Shown here: piece after piece, positions 12,056 through 26,314 of the stretch
Numbering within the stretch: the stretch's first letter is position 1
How the letters are laid out: every line of letters begins with the position of its first letter
NCBI RefSeq assembly: GCF_006345805.1
Contig: NC_043010.1
Span: 62,372,001-62,436,000, forward strand
DNA: 64,000 nt
Direction of reading: 5' to 3'
From: Octopus sinensis
Taxonomy: Eukaryota
Program-made: the position numbers and the translations under genes
The notes under the pieces: model-generated
The model's input: only the letters and a program-made list of their open reading frames with translations
The model's database searches: none
Told to the model about the DNA's origin: nothing

Positions 12056-12714
12056 GTGTGTGTGTGTGTACCTCTATATTTACAACAGTTACCCCGAATG
12101 CATGCTACATCATATTTATGATACAGACAAACACACACACTGAAGCCTATAGATGTTGGTGAGTGTACATACGCTTAATATGATAATGATGATGGTGTAG
12201 CCGACGAGGACATCATCATGATGATGCTGCTGCTTGTGATGGTAGCTAGCATCACTATTAGTATAACACACACATACACTTATTTATAATTACACACACA
12301 CACATATACAATCTGTATATATCTATCTATCTATCTATCTATATATATAATATATATATACATATATATATATATGTGTGTGTGTCCATGTGTTTATATA
12401 CTAATAAATATATGTGGACTTACACATAGAAGCACCTACGTTGTGTGCAAAAAGTTTAATACAACACTATATATGTGTATGTATGTATATATATATATAT
12501 ATATATATCTATATATATATATATATATATATGGGCGTAGAAATATGATAATATAAAGATCTAATCAGATATATATGTAGTGTTTACGCTGCGTATATTT
12601 TACATAGATAGATTGGCCTTAGTCGTGATGGTTATATAGCTGTGTATATAAGTATGTATGTATAAACGTACGTACGTACGTGTGTATTATATGTCTGTAC
12701 GTACGTATGTGAGA

Positions 12715-12781
<67 letters not shown>

Positions 12782-13024
12782 CTCTATATTACAACAGTTA
12801 CCCCGAATGCATGCTACATCATATTTATGATACAGACAAACACACACACTGAAGCCTACAGATGTTGGTGAGTGTACATACGCTTAATATGATAATGATG
12901 ATGGTGTAGCCGACGAGGACATCATCATGATGATGCTGCTGCTTGTGATGGTAGCTAGCATCACTATTAGTATAACACACACACATACACTTATTCATAA
13001 TTACACACACACACACATATACAA

Positions 13025-13086
<62 letters not shown>
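11662..13086. repeat. Near-identical tandem duplication, period about 712-713 bp
   Basis: CCATGTGTTTATATACT at 11674 and 12386; CAATCTGTA at 12309 and 13022. Junctions lie in (TA)n. Confidence 0.9.
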
Positions 13087-13091
<5 letters not shown>

Positions 13092-13307
13092 GTACATATA
13101 CTCAAATCATTTATATATAAATACCTACACATAATTTGTGTAGCTGTCAGAATATATATATATATATATGCATACATGCACACACATAGACTCAATATCT
13201 AGATATATATATTCATGCAAACATATGCAGTGTACACACACATACATACATACATATATATATACACACACACATAGAGGAGAGAGGAAGATTATTATGC
13301 ACAAACT

Positions 13308-13343
<36 letters not shown>

Positions 13344-14640
13344 CAAATATAGAAGCATATATGTGCGTATGTATACGTATGTGTGTGTGTATGTATTGTG
13401 TATATAATGTGTGTAGGGGTGTGTGTGTATAGATGCGTGTCTGTGCGTGTATGTATGTGAATATAAGCGACGGCAGAGTTGTAGAAGAGGCACTTCGGTG
13501 TGTGTGTCAGTCGATCCATCCATCTATATTATTATGTTGCAGAAAACCCACGAAACTCCGGTGTGTAGAAAAGAAGACGAATGGCAAACCAGAAATCCCT
13601 TACATCCATCTTAGACGATGTGTAGCCTAGGAGCACCTTGCTGCACGAAAATAAACATTATAGGCAAAACATGGGAGTTAGGACGGCTAGAACTTACCTC
13701 CATCTCACTGGCTTCCCTCCTCTCGTGGTTTTCTCTACGCTTGTAGTTGTTGCTGTTGTTGTTGTTGCTATTTCCTCCGCTTTTCTCCCTACCAAACTCT
13801 CCCACTCCCCCTCGCCTTGTCAGCTTCTCCCTCTCTTTATACGTGTATATGTGGATGTATACCATACACACATGTATGTGTTTACACAGTTTTATATATG
13901 TATGGATGTGTTATTTCATAAGACTCTCACTCTCCCTCATTCTCGCTAATTCAGTTTTAGTCTTTCTTTTGCACCCCCCTCTCTCTCTCTCTCTCTTCTT
14001 TTTCCTGTTTGTAGAAATTCCCCTCACTACTCCCCTTTCTTAATATGTATTTTCCCTACCTCTCTCCCTCTCTCTTTTTCGCTGGCACTTCTCCTCTAAC
14101 ACATTTATCTACCTTTCTCTGTCCTTGTTGCTTTTACTCTCTTTTCCCCCACTCCTCCTCTTATATGTTTATCTGTTTTTCTATCTCCATGTCACTCTGT
14201 CCTCTCTTCCTTCTCCCCCTCTGCCTCTCGCATATCTCTTATAAACTCTCTCCCTCAATGCTCCGTTCACCCTCTCACATAATTATATCCATCTCTCATC
14301 ACAACTCTCTCTCACTCTAACTCACTCTCTCTCTCTCTCTTCATTACTCCTTCTCTCATATCATTACACTCCTCTCTCATTAAAAACCTCTCTCTCTCTA
14401 TTTAGCTTGCTTCTGATTGCGGAACTCCCCAACAAACTACACACAGACAGACAAGAAATAAACTTCATCTCCTCCTCCTCCTCCTCCTCCTCCTCCTTCC
14501 TCCTTCCACAATTTACATGGCTTCCACCTCTTTTCTTCTTCCTTTCTATCACATCTCTCTCTCTCTCTATCTATCTTTCTATCCATCCACCCTACCTTTC
14601 TAATTCATTATCTATCTATCTTCTCTCCTTTCATCTCTCT

Positions 14641-14762
14641 CTCTCTCTGTATATCCTTTCTATCTCTCACTCTCTCTGTATATCCTTTCTATCTCTCACT
14701 CTCTCTCTGTATATCCTTTCTATCTCTCTCTCTCTCTCTGTATATCCTTTCTATCTCTCACT
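14641..14762. repeat. About 30-bp CT-rich minisatellite x4 (TCTCTGTATATCCTTTCTATCTCTC)
   Basis: Four tandem copies within a polypyrimidine tract. Confidence 0.85.
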
Positions 14763-15119
14763 CTCTCTCTCTATTTATAATTACTTATCCTTTTCTATTT
14801 TTCTTTGTCCTTCTCTCTTCTTTCCTCTCTGCCTTTCTGTCTGTCCGTCAGTCAATCTCCCGTATCTCTCTATCTACCAACTTGTCTATCTATCTTTCTA
14901 TCTGTCAGGCTGTCCTCTTTCTCTGTCTGTCTCTAACAATTTATCCAACACACACAACAGACATCCAACTCCGCTCCACTCCACTCCACTCCACCTCACT
15001 CCATTCCACTCCTTAACCCACCCGACCCTTCCTTCCCTCCATTAACCAGGGTACCCCTGGTCCACGATATTTCACTTCTAGCCACCTTACCCCACCGACA
15101 TCAAGTCCAACCCTAACAA

Positions 15120-16192
15120 TCACCACAGCCACCCCACCACCACCACCACCAACACCACCACCACCACCATCACCGCCGCCGCCACACTCATTACGGCTAC
15201 CATCATACTTCCTTCCTCCCCACCACCCCTAACACTACCTTCACTCTGCCAAACATCACTACTACCATTACTACCACTACCACTACTACTACTACTACCA
15301 CTACTACGACTGCCACACAACACTCCCTCCCCCCTCCTCGTACCATCGCTGTCAGCTACTGCCACTACCATCACTATCGCATTAACAACCAGCATTACTA
15401 CCACCACCACCACCACCACCACCACCACCACCGCCGCCGCCATCTCCGCCGCCGCCGCTCCATCCACCCAGCGCACGAATATCTCCAGCATCAGCCCTCC
15501 ATCATCACCATTATCTTCGCTATGACTACCAACGCCGCCGCCGCCGCCGACACCACCACCACCACCACCATCTCCTCCTCCACTCGCATAATTATTTTCC
15601 CTTCACTGTGACTACCACCATCACCATCACTATCTCCCCCCTCCCCGCCATCAGCTCTCCTCCATCATCACCGTTATCTTACGCTATGGCTACTACCGCC
15701 TGGCTTCATCATCATCACCACCACCACCACCACCACCACCACCACCACCAGCATCTTCACTATGACTACCAGTATCACCACCGTTATGTTCACCACCATC
15801 ACGAATAAAGACACTACTAACAGCAACTAATATACACAGCAACATCAGAAAAAAAGATAACAGCGATATCAACAATAGTATCATCAACATCATCATCAAC
15901 ATCATCATCATCATCATCATCGTCATCATCATCATCATCATCATCATCATCGTCATCATCATCGTCATCATCATCATCATCGTCATCATCATCGTCATCA
16001 TCATCGTCATCATCATCATCATCATCATCATCATCGTCATCATCATCGTCATCATCATCGTCATCGTCATCATCATCGTCATCATCATCATCATCATCAT
16101 CATCATCGTCATCATCATCGTCATCATCATCATCATCATCATCATCATCGTCATCATCATCGTCATCATCATCATCATCGTCATCATCATCG

Positions 16193-16234
<42 letters not shown>

Positions 16235-18131
16235 CCAACAACAGTAACTGCACTGAGAAAACGGCAGCAATATTAACTTCACCACCACCACCATCAACAA
16301 TAGCATTATCATCATCACCATCACCATAAGCGTCATCATTGCCATTGCCATCATCATAATCATCATCATCATCCCCATATTCATCATGAACAACAACTAA
16401 CAAAACAGCAGCAGCAGCAACATCAACTTCCTCGCCACCGCCGCCGCCGCCATCATCATCATCATTGCTGTCGTAGTCATATTCAGCAGCAGCAGCAGCA
16501 GTCATAGCAGCAGTAGCATCACCATCACCACAACCATAATCCTCATCAACACAATCATTGTCATTGTTGTCCTCCCCCCTCTACTTCCTCCTCCTCCTCC
16601 TCCTCCTCCTCCTCCTCATCATCATCATCAAAAACAACAACTGCAATAACAAAACACTACCCACAACAACAACAACAAACAACAGTAACAACAACAACAA
16701 AAAAACAACAGCAGAGACTTGGCTGAGTTGTTAGAGTTGAGGGCAAAACACGTTGTCCAGTGTTCGTTCTGGTTCTGTGCATTCTGGGTTCAAACCCTGA
16801 TAAAGACAACTTTACCTTTTTATCTTTTCAGGGTCAATAAATAACACACCAGCCTAAAACCAAGGGTTGGAAGAATTTTTAGAGTGTTGAACAGAGATAC
16901 CTTTTGATATTTACTGCGGCCCCTTTGAGTCCTGAGTTCCTGAGTGGGTGAATGTATCCGTCTCCTGGTTTGAACCCCTCACTTGGTCCACGGGGGTACT
17001 TTTAGTAGGGTCCACTCTGTTGCGGGCATTTGGAAGATGTGTTTGAATTGAGGATGCCTTCCTCCTTTCATCCCATCAGTCAGAGTGGCCCTTAAATTAA
17101 TAAAGGGTTGTGGGAGTTGGTCTTTGTTGTGATAACTGAAAGGTAAAATAAACAACTGACACAGCAACAGTTACACCACCACCACCACCACCACCACCAC
17201 CACCACCACCACTGTCATCATCATCATCACTACCAACATCACCTCCAACTCAGTACACCATCACCACCATCATCACCATCAACATCACCACCATTACCAC
17301 CACCGCCACCACCACCATCATCATCACCACTATCATCATCACCATCATCATCACCATCACCACCATTACCACCACCGCCATCATCATCACCACCATCACC
17401 ACTATCATCATCACCATCATCATCACCACCACTGCCACCACCACCATCATCATCATCATCATCACCACCACCACCATCGCCATCATCATCACCATCATCA
17501 TCACCATCATCATCACCATCATCATCACCACCATTGCCACCACCACTACAACTACCACCACCACCATCATCATCATTATCACCACCACCACCATCATCAC
17601 CATCATCATCACCATCATTGCCACCACCACCACCACCATGATCATCATCATCACCATCATCACCGCCATTGACACCACCACCACCACCACCACCACCACT
17701 ACCACCACCACTACCACCATCATCATCATCATCACCACCATCACCATCATCATCACTACCACCATCGCCACCGCCATCATCGCCACCACCGTCACCATTA
17801 TAACACTACCATGTCAATAACAGCACCACCAAATAGACTATATCGATACCATCATCAGTACAGTACAGTACTGACATCACCACCACCACCACCACCATCA
17901 CTTTCACCTCTACGATACCACTAAAACCACCACCACCACCACCGCCACAAACATTTATTACATCAATATCACAACCACCATAAACAAGGCTTAATCAATA
18001 CTACCACCATCACTGCTACCACAACCATGACTATGATGACGACGACCACCACCACCATCACTACTACTGCCACAACCACCACTACCACACTGATAACCAC
18101 CATCACCACCACCACCATTACCACCTCCTCC

Positions 18132-18162
<31 letters not shown>

Positions 18163-18658
18163 TCACCACCACTACCACCTGCACCATCTCACCATGACCA
18201 CCACTAGCACCCACCACCACCACCAACAACACAACCTCCATCACTATTACTACTACTACTACCATCACCATCACCACCATCACAACTACCATGACGATGA
18301 CAAGAACTATCACCCCACCATCACTACCACCTGTACCGTCTCCACCATGACCACCACCACCACCATCACCACCACCACGTCTTCCATCACTACCACCAAC
18401 AGCAACAACACAAACTTCACTCATCACTGATATCTTAAAAAATAAAAGACACCAACACTACCACCACAACAACAGCAGGAGCACCACTACCACCACCACC
18501 ACCACCTCAGTCCTACTACAGCACAAACACCCATTCCACAAGTACTACTATCACTATTGTCATCACCACATGTCTACTACAACACAAACAACCACTTCAC
18601 AAGCATTACAACAACACACAAGTACCACCCATCACAACAACCACCACAATAACAACAT

Positions 18659-18702
<44 letters not shown>

Positions 18703-19281
18703 ACTACTATCACAACTTTAGCACAAACAGCCACTAACACCAGTGAATGACCACCACAACAGTGGTTGGTTGACCTGCTGGAAAAAGTAGCAAAATCTAC
18801 CTCCCATCATACGGTACTGTCTTATGAAAGGAAGGACACCTCAGACTGGATGCTGTCTGTCTGTCTGGGAGCGGGGGTGAGGGTGTTTGTAATTGAAACA
18901 CCTTTTGTTGTAGAACCTGTATGAGGAGGATTGACCTGGGGTTAAACAACAGCTAACAGTGCAAAAAGAGAGAAAAAAAACAACAAAAAAAGCAACTAAA
19001 AATAAAATAACAAAAAAACACTATTTGAACAGTTTTTCATATAAAAAATTGACAAAATATATCCATCATCATCATCAACATCATCATCAACATCATCATC
19101 ATCATCATCATCATCAACATCATCATCATCATCATCATCAACATCATCATCAACATCATCATCATCATCATCAACATCATCATCAACATCATCATCAACA
19201 TCATCATCATCATCAACATCATCATCAACATCATCATCATCATCATCATCATCATCAACATCATCATCATCATCAACATCG

Positions 19282-19324
<43 letters not shown>

Positions 19325-21106
19325 TATTGTCAACATCAAGGCCATGGTCACCCCCCTCCCATCACCTTCACCACCAATGACACCTCTGCTGTAACTATCA
19401 TCATCATCATCATCATTGATATTGCTATAATCAATACCATCATCTTCATTATTAACATTGTTATTGTCAACATCATTGCCATCATCATCATCATCGTCAT
19501 CGTCACCACCAGCACCACCACTCCCTTCATAACCCCCCCCACCGTGACCACTAACCACGACAAACATCATCGTCATCATCATCACCACCAACACTACCAA
19601 CATCACCATCATCATCATTGTGATCATGACCATTTCATAATTATTACCATCTCTAACAACACCACCACTACCCACCCCACCACTAACACCATCACCACCA
19701 TCGTCATCACAACAGTCATGAAAGAGTTCTCTTTCCTCTTCCTCCTCCTCCTCATTTCCCTCTCTGCTGCCATCACTATCATCTACATCATCACCATCAT
19801 CATATTTACACCCCCCCCACACACACACACCTGACCCTCACCACCACCCACCTCCTCCTCCTCCTCATTGTCATTAATCTAATACCATCTCTGCCATTAT
19901 TTATTTCCACCTTGTCCTTAACCATCATCATCATCATCATCATCACTATAGTCACCACTGAAACCCCCACACCGCCCATCTACCGCCACCTCCACCACCA
20001 CCAATAACAACAGACAATACCACCACCATCATCATCACCACCATCATCACCACCACCACCACCACCAAAACCATCACCACCATCATCATCATCACCATCA
20101 CCACCACCACCAAAAGCACCACCACCATCATCAACATCATCATCATCATCATCACAGTAATTATCCTCCCTACTGGAGCCTCTGTGTGTGTCACTCTTCT
20201 AGAAATAGCAGCCAAATCTCCTTCATGCCACACCTTGCTAACTTAGAAGGAAGGACACATTGGATATTAGAGTGCTAAATGCACTGTGTATGTGGGATAA
20301 GGCAGGGTGGTCATAACTGGATACCTTTGTTCGTGGGTCTGCCTGATTAGAGGAGACCTGGAGCTGAATAACAACAACAACCGTTATCACTACCATCATA
20401 CCATCAGCACCAATAACACCATCACCATAACCACAAACAATGCCACCCGTCACCATCGTAGAAACACATCATCATCATCACCACCATCACTGTTACAATC
20501 ATCACCACCACCAACGCCACCGCCACGACGATGACCACCACCACCGTTACACCACCATCACAATCACCGTCGCAATCACCACCACCACCACCACCGCCAT
20601 CATCATCATGAATGTCACAATTACTAATAACAACAAGGACACCACCACCCTCACAACTTCTACCACCACAACCACCAGCACCACCACCACTAACAACAAC
20701 AAGAAGAACTACACCATCATAAGTACATTATCATCATTTCATACCACCATCACAACCATCAGCATCACCACCACCACCATCTCATTACCTTCCCCAACAC
20801 CACCTTCTATAATATCACCATCATCATCACCATCATCATCACTACCACAAACACAACTACATCCATCATCATCATCATCATCATCATAGGCATACATTAT
20901 CGTCATCACAATAGCCACTGATTTATCAGCAGCAGCGGCAGCAGCAGCAGTAATTTCCTCGTATCTCTTTATCATCATCAAGATGATGATAATGAGTAAT
21001 CACCATCATCAACATAATCATCATCATCGTCATCTCATTACTCAATACCCGCCATCTTTATCATCATCATCCACCTCGTCTTCCTCTTCATTATCATCAT
21101 CGTTAT

Positions 21107-21139
<33 letters not shown>

Positions 21140-21460
21140 TGTCATCGTCCTGATTAGCATTCTTATAATGACCATAAATGATTGTAATCCCCATCATTGT
21201 AAACATGTTTTTCGTCATCATTAATCCTCTTCTCTTTTCTAACCACCACCACAACCATTAATATGGTCTACCACCACTATCACCACGACCGCTACTACAA
21301 CCATTGTGTCACCGAGTCCACTACCACCACCGCCACCACCGCCGCCGACAGCATCACCATCAAGATGTCCATCACTGTCCACTGCCATCATTTCATCAAC
21401 GTTTCCGCCACAACCAACATCAACAATACCATCACCATCACCGCTACCACTAATTATTAG
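15120..21460. repeat. Compound trinucleotide microsatellite island (CAT/CAC/TAC/AAC/GCC) interrupted by old SINE pieces
   Basis: Long (CAT/CGT)n at 15895-16235 and (CAT/CAA)n at 19065-19325, plus mixed arrays. All ORFs here are homopolymer read-through. Confidence 0.95.
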
Positions 21461-22340
21461 TTATTACCCAAGGGTTGTTATAATCTTAATAAAACAGCCC
21501 CTAAAAAAATAATAATGACACAAAACCCATTAAAATCTGCCTACTGCTCTAGTGTGAGGGCACAACTTCAGAGAAAAGGAATTCTTTGAGCCGGTTTCGA
21601 TTCGTAACAAGTGAATTTATATCGTTAAAATATTATAAGTTTGGGTAAAACACTTTACACTTTGAGCCGCCATTTTCCTTCTAAACCGTCTGTTTGACGG
21701 TTGAGAAGGGAAATGAAGATATTTGTTATAAATTAATACTTTCGTTAATATTGTTTTGATCCCCAGCTCAGGTTGCATCCAGCAGACCTAAAATACATTC
21801 CAATCTGATCATCCCGTCTTAATTCTTTTATATTTTCAAACAAGACATATCTAGAACAACACGATATTATGTCGTTTTTACTTTTTAAAACAATAGAGAG
21901 ATTAGAGGATGGTTTAGCTACTTGTTCTAGCATGTTTTTTAGGGAAGAATTGTCGAGGCACTGAAAAGAATGCTGGCAGTATTTGGCCAAGTGTGTTTAT
22001 ATTCCGGGTTCAAATACCGGCAATGCTAACTATTGTCTTTCGTTTTTCTTGGGTCAATAAAATAAGAACCGCTCAAAGATTCATGAAGTGCTTTGATTAT
22101 CTGTACCCCTCCACTAGTTGTAGAGATGCGAGGTTTCAATTCTTGGACCGGATGATGCGCAAAACTCTCCATTTCACATTGCTGCAGTCCACTTAACTGG
22201 CAAAAGTGAGTAATCCTGCGACGAATGGCCGTCACGTCCGCAGTGGAGGGTGGGGGGTGATATAAATGTCATCACAGAATCCGGGAAAACGGCCTTAAGC
22301 GCTTAAGGCTCAGAAAAAACCGTTGATCCTTATATATATA

Positions 22341-22849
22341 TACTAGCAGAATCGCCCGGCGTTGCTCGGATTTGTAAGGGAAATAACTATATAAGCATTT
22401 TTAGAGAGTTACTTCCTTTATAAATTCGGGCTTTCTTAGCCATTTTTGTTTTGGTGTCTTCAAGCCATGAAGTCGTTGTTCTAAAAGAACGCTGGTTTCC
22501 TTCACAACGCATTACGACGTTGATTTCTTTACACTCCCTTCTCCACAGCTTCACGAGGGAGGGAAGGGGGAGAAGCAAACAGGTGCAGGTGTGACCATGG
22601 ACGCCAACTCCGCCGCCATCGACATACGATGCATTTTATGCATTAAAATGGAATAAAAAATTATGTTAAATTATTTTTAAAATCGTAGACTCATCGTTGA
22701 CGCGCGCTAATAGTCAGACGGGCTCGATATGAATCACGACTATAAGATACCCGAATTTGGTTAAACTGCACCGCAAAATGTGGGAGGAGTTAGGAATCTA
22801 AATCGAAGGGGACAGACACTCACACAACTAGAGTTTTATATATATAGAT
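22341..22849 (+). mobile_element. Non-autonomous Helitron/Helentron-type element
   Basis: Starts ACTAGCAGAATCGCCCGGCGTTGC and ends …GACAGACAC…TTTTATATATATAGAT. An internally deleted sister copy lies at 47491-47778. Confidence 0.65.
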
Positions 22850-22865
22850 ATGCACACACACATAC

Positions 22866-23018
22866 ATTATTTACATTTGACGGATATTTGTCCTCATCTT
22901 GTTTGTTGTTAACATAACGTTTCGGCTGATATACCCTCCAGCCTTAATCAGAGGTCTTGGGGAAATTTCGAACCTGGGTTCTCATTCCTAAGGTATTTTT
23001 CGATGCTTATTATTGTTG

Positions 23019-23049
<31 letters not shown>

Positions 23050-23370
23050 AATTATTATTATTATTATTATTCAGGCATATGGCGTAGTGGTTAAGAGAGC
23101 GGGCAACTAACCCCCAAGATTCCGAGTTCGATTCCAGGCAGTGACGTGAACAACAACAACAACAATATCAACTACAACAACAACAGCAGCAACAGCAACA
23201 TCGAAAAATACCTTAGGAATGAGAACCCAGGTTCGAAATTTACTCAAGCCACCTAATGAAGGTTAGAGGGTATATCAGCCGAAATGTTGTGTTAACAACA
23301 AACAAGATGAGGACAAATATCCGTCAAATGTAAATAATGTACACAATACCTCATCTCTTAAATATAGAAC
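22866..23370. mobile_element. Penelope-like palindromic element (family 1) with tRNA-like module in the loop; hammerhead cores decayed
   Basis: Arms match 1166-1467. Cores read CTGATTA (left arm, minus strand) and CTAATGA (right arm, plus strand). The loop carries A box TGGCGTAGTGG (23080-23090) and B box GAGTTCGATTCC (23124-23135). Confidence 0.75.
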
Positions 23371-25075
23371 AATATATATATAGAAAGAGAGAGTGGGGGG
23401 AGAAGTAGTTAGCTACCTAGACTATAATTGGCGGAAAACAACGACCGAGGACTTTGTACATAATAGTCGTAATGTTGATAGTGGTACTTGTAGACTGGTT
23501 GTTTATGTTGTCATAATGGTAAATAGACGTTTAGATGTACAAACGAGGTGAGGAGTTGTAGGTGATACTCCGAGTTGCACATTTTTGTGCATTCGTTTAC
23601 CGAAAGAATGTGCCCCAGACGGCTGCAGTCCAATAACTGAAGCCAATAGAATTTTAAAATGCATATACACACGTACACATACGCATACATTCACTCTCAT
23701 ACACATATATACAGTATAGATGTATATATATATATATATGCACATACATCGTATAATGTTTGTTACTCTCATGTTTATATTACCTTTCGGGAAAACAAAT
23801 TATCTCAGAATTATGGCTTGTAGAATCCAGAGATACTTGTAATGGCGGAATTTTGGAATGACTGTCTCTTCAAAGTCCCATACAACATGAAAAAGGGAAA
23901 GAATTAGTACTTTCCTCTTCGTTTTTTTTTAAAGTATTCTTGTAGATCATTGGTGACCGGTAATAAAGCCACAAGAAAGAAAGCTACAGTAATAAAGTTA
24001 CCATTAATTTATGGTGGTCGGTAATAAAGTCACGGGAAAAAATGTCACAATTAATTTATGAGATTCAGACAAAACCCCCTAGGGCAAAACCTCCTTGGAC
24101 ACCCCTCCCGGACAAAACCCCTGTGACTTTTTTTTTTTTTACCTGGATGCAGATCATTTTACGAAAATTACAATCCAGAAAAAAATATATTTTCCAAAAA
24201 TTTTCGATTTTTGCTCCCTACTTCCGTACCCGTTTCCTTTCCGATGAGATATGGAACTTCGAACGAGTTATTCCAAATCTCCCTTGTAATTTACTAATGA
24301 ATATAAACATTCTGAGTTCAAAACCCAGCGGGATTGCTTTTTATTTTCAGAGCTTCCCGAAAACGATCATTAAAATAAATACCAGAAATAAATTCCTAGT
24401 TGGTATCTCTGTAAGAAATCGTAAATATTATCGCATTGACGAAGAGCGATGCTTTAGATATGCTGCAACCAATGCCTTGGCAATTGAAGTCTCTTTAAAT
24501 CTATCCGTGTCTTCTAATTGCCGATTGTAAGAGATGGTAAAATCGAAGTCTCCTTTCTGCCAGAGTACAAAAGTAGACATTGGGAGGAAAGAAACTAAAC
24601 GAACTGGTTAAGTGAATGGGCGGGATATGCAGAGCGGAGACGCAAGCAATCAGTCGTTCATTAAAAATATACTTAAAAATACAAGAAAATAATAATATAT
24701 ATTTAAAAGAAAAATAATTTAATGTAAACACAGAGGCATTTAAAAAGACAAGAAAAAAAAAAGCTCAAAGACAAGATGTAGTTTAATTTTCATTAATAAT
24801 TGCTCCACTTTCTTCTCTGTGAAAGTATCTAGCTGACTTAGTTCGGTTAATTTCCTCCAAACTAACCAGAAATTATATCTACAAAACACAGCAAAATATA
24901 AAAAAACAAAATGGAAGAAATCGAAAGTAGAATTCGCCATGATTGTCGGCGGAAGTTGACACCTTAAAACACCGACACCTGGTGAACATAAAGTCAATTA
25001 CTATATTCATTTCTCGATCCCAGTTGGACTGTCATACTTGAAGCATCACCTTATTCTATTTAGATTTAAAATATA

Positions 25076-25301
25076 TATTTCTTTATTACCCACAAGAAGC
25101 TAAACATAGAAGGGACAAACAAGGACAAAGTATTAAGTCGATTATATCGACCTCAGTGCGTAACTGGTACTTAATTTATCGACCACGAAAGGATGAAAGG
25201 CAAAGTCGACCTCGGCGGAATTTGAACTCAGAACGTAACGGCAGACGAAATACGGCTACGCATTTCGCCCGGCCTGCTAGCGTTTCTGCCAGCTCGCCGC
25301 C
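25076..25301 (-). mobile_element. SINE family B, full length, with 22-bp TSD
   Basis: Head AGGCGGCGAGCTGGCAGAAACGCTAGC and tail …CTTGTGGGTAATAAAGAAATA. TSD TTCTATTTAGATTTAA(A/G)ATATA at 25054-25075 and 25302-25323. Confidence 0.9.
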
Positions 25302-25950
25302 TTCTATTTAGATTTAAGATATAATGAAATTTCACTGAACACAGAGGGGGAGAGCCATGTACGGAACGGCACACTATTCTATTTAGATTACATTACGGAA
25401 AAGGTTCTGCAAACACGTATTTTATTATCGATTCGTGAGCATTGCTCTAATTTTAAAGGGTTTCGTCGAAAAGACAAATAATAGCCATACCTGTCTTCAC
25501 ATGCACACAAACTTTATATAATAAATGCTAGCAACATTTTGTGTATGTTGTGTGTGGAGGGGTGGGGTGCTACATATATGTCATTAATTTAAAAAACAAA
25601 AATCCCCTTAAGAAAGGGGAGATAATTCGAATTCTCTGAAGGCTCATTAACCGTGCGTTGTACATATATGGCCGTCTGCATTTGTGCAATGCCTGTGTAT
25701 CAGTGTGCGTATGTGTACGTGTATGTGTATGTGTATATACAAATGGAGTATGCGTGGGTTTGTGGGGGAAGGGATTGCGGCGAAGGTAAAGAATACGCAC
25801 ACCCGGTGTATAGAGGGCTAAGGTTTTCGTTATGCCGAAAACGGGTGGTGTGCGTATTCTTTACCTCCGCCAGGGATTGCTTTGTAAGCCTTTAGCTTAA
25901 GTCTTCTTTCGTAAAGGTGTGCATGAGAGCGGACGCGAACGTCCAATGTG

Positions 25951-26314
25951 TGTGTGGTTAGAAAGTTGATTTAAAAATTTGTTTCCTGATCACATAGTTC
26001 TGGTTCAGCCCCACTGGACCTTGGGCAAGTGTCTTCTATTATAGTCCCAGGTCGACTAAAGCCTTGACAGAAACTGAAAAGTCTGTCGTATTTACGTATG
26101 CATATGCGTGCGTGTGTGTGTGCTTGTACATTCTCATCTTGATATCAGGTGATAGTTGTAAATGAGCATCCCTGTCATACAAGCGGTGGAAAACCTCTCT
26201 GGCCATGGAGAAAAAGATGAAGCTTGGTGACAGAAAAGGCTTCTGGCCGAAGAAATCTTGAAAGCATGGAAAAGTGAACGTTAAATTAATGATGATGATG
26301 GTGATGATGATGAT
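25951..26314 (+). mobile_element. SINE with family A head and RTE-type (GAT)n tail
   Basis: Family A head (CCTTGGGCAAGTGTCTTCTA) continues into …GAAAGCATGGAAAAGTGAACGTTAAA…(GAT)n. Confidence 0.65.

Noticed and set aside
23074-23150. tRNA gene
   Set aside because: A and B boxes are present but there is no acceptor-stem pairing or proper cloverleaf. It is treated as a SINE-type head, as are the other A/B-box hits.
24042-24997. ORFs 24042-24530 (+) and 24740-24997 (-) as genes
   Set aside because: No recognisable motifs and low-complexity F/L-rich composition; the first begins in a repeat-like stretch.
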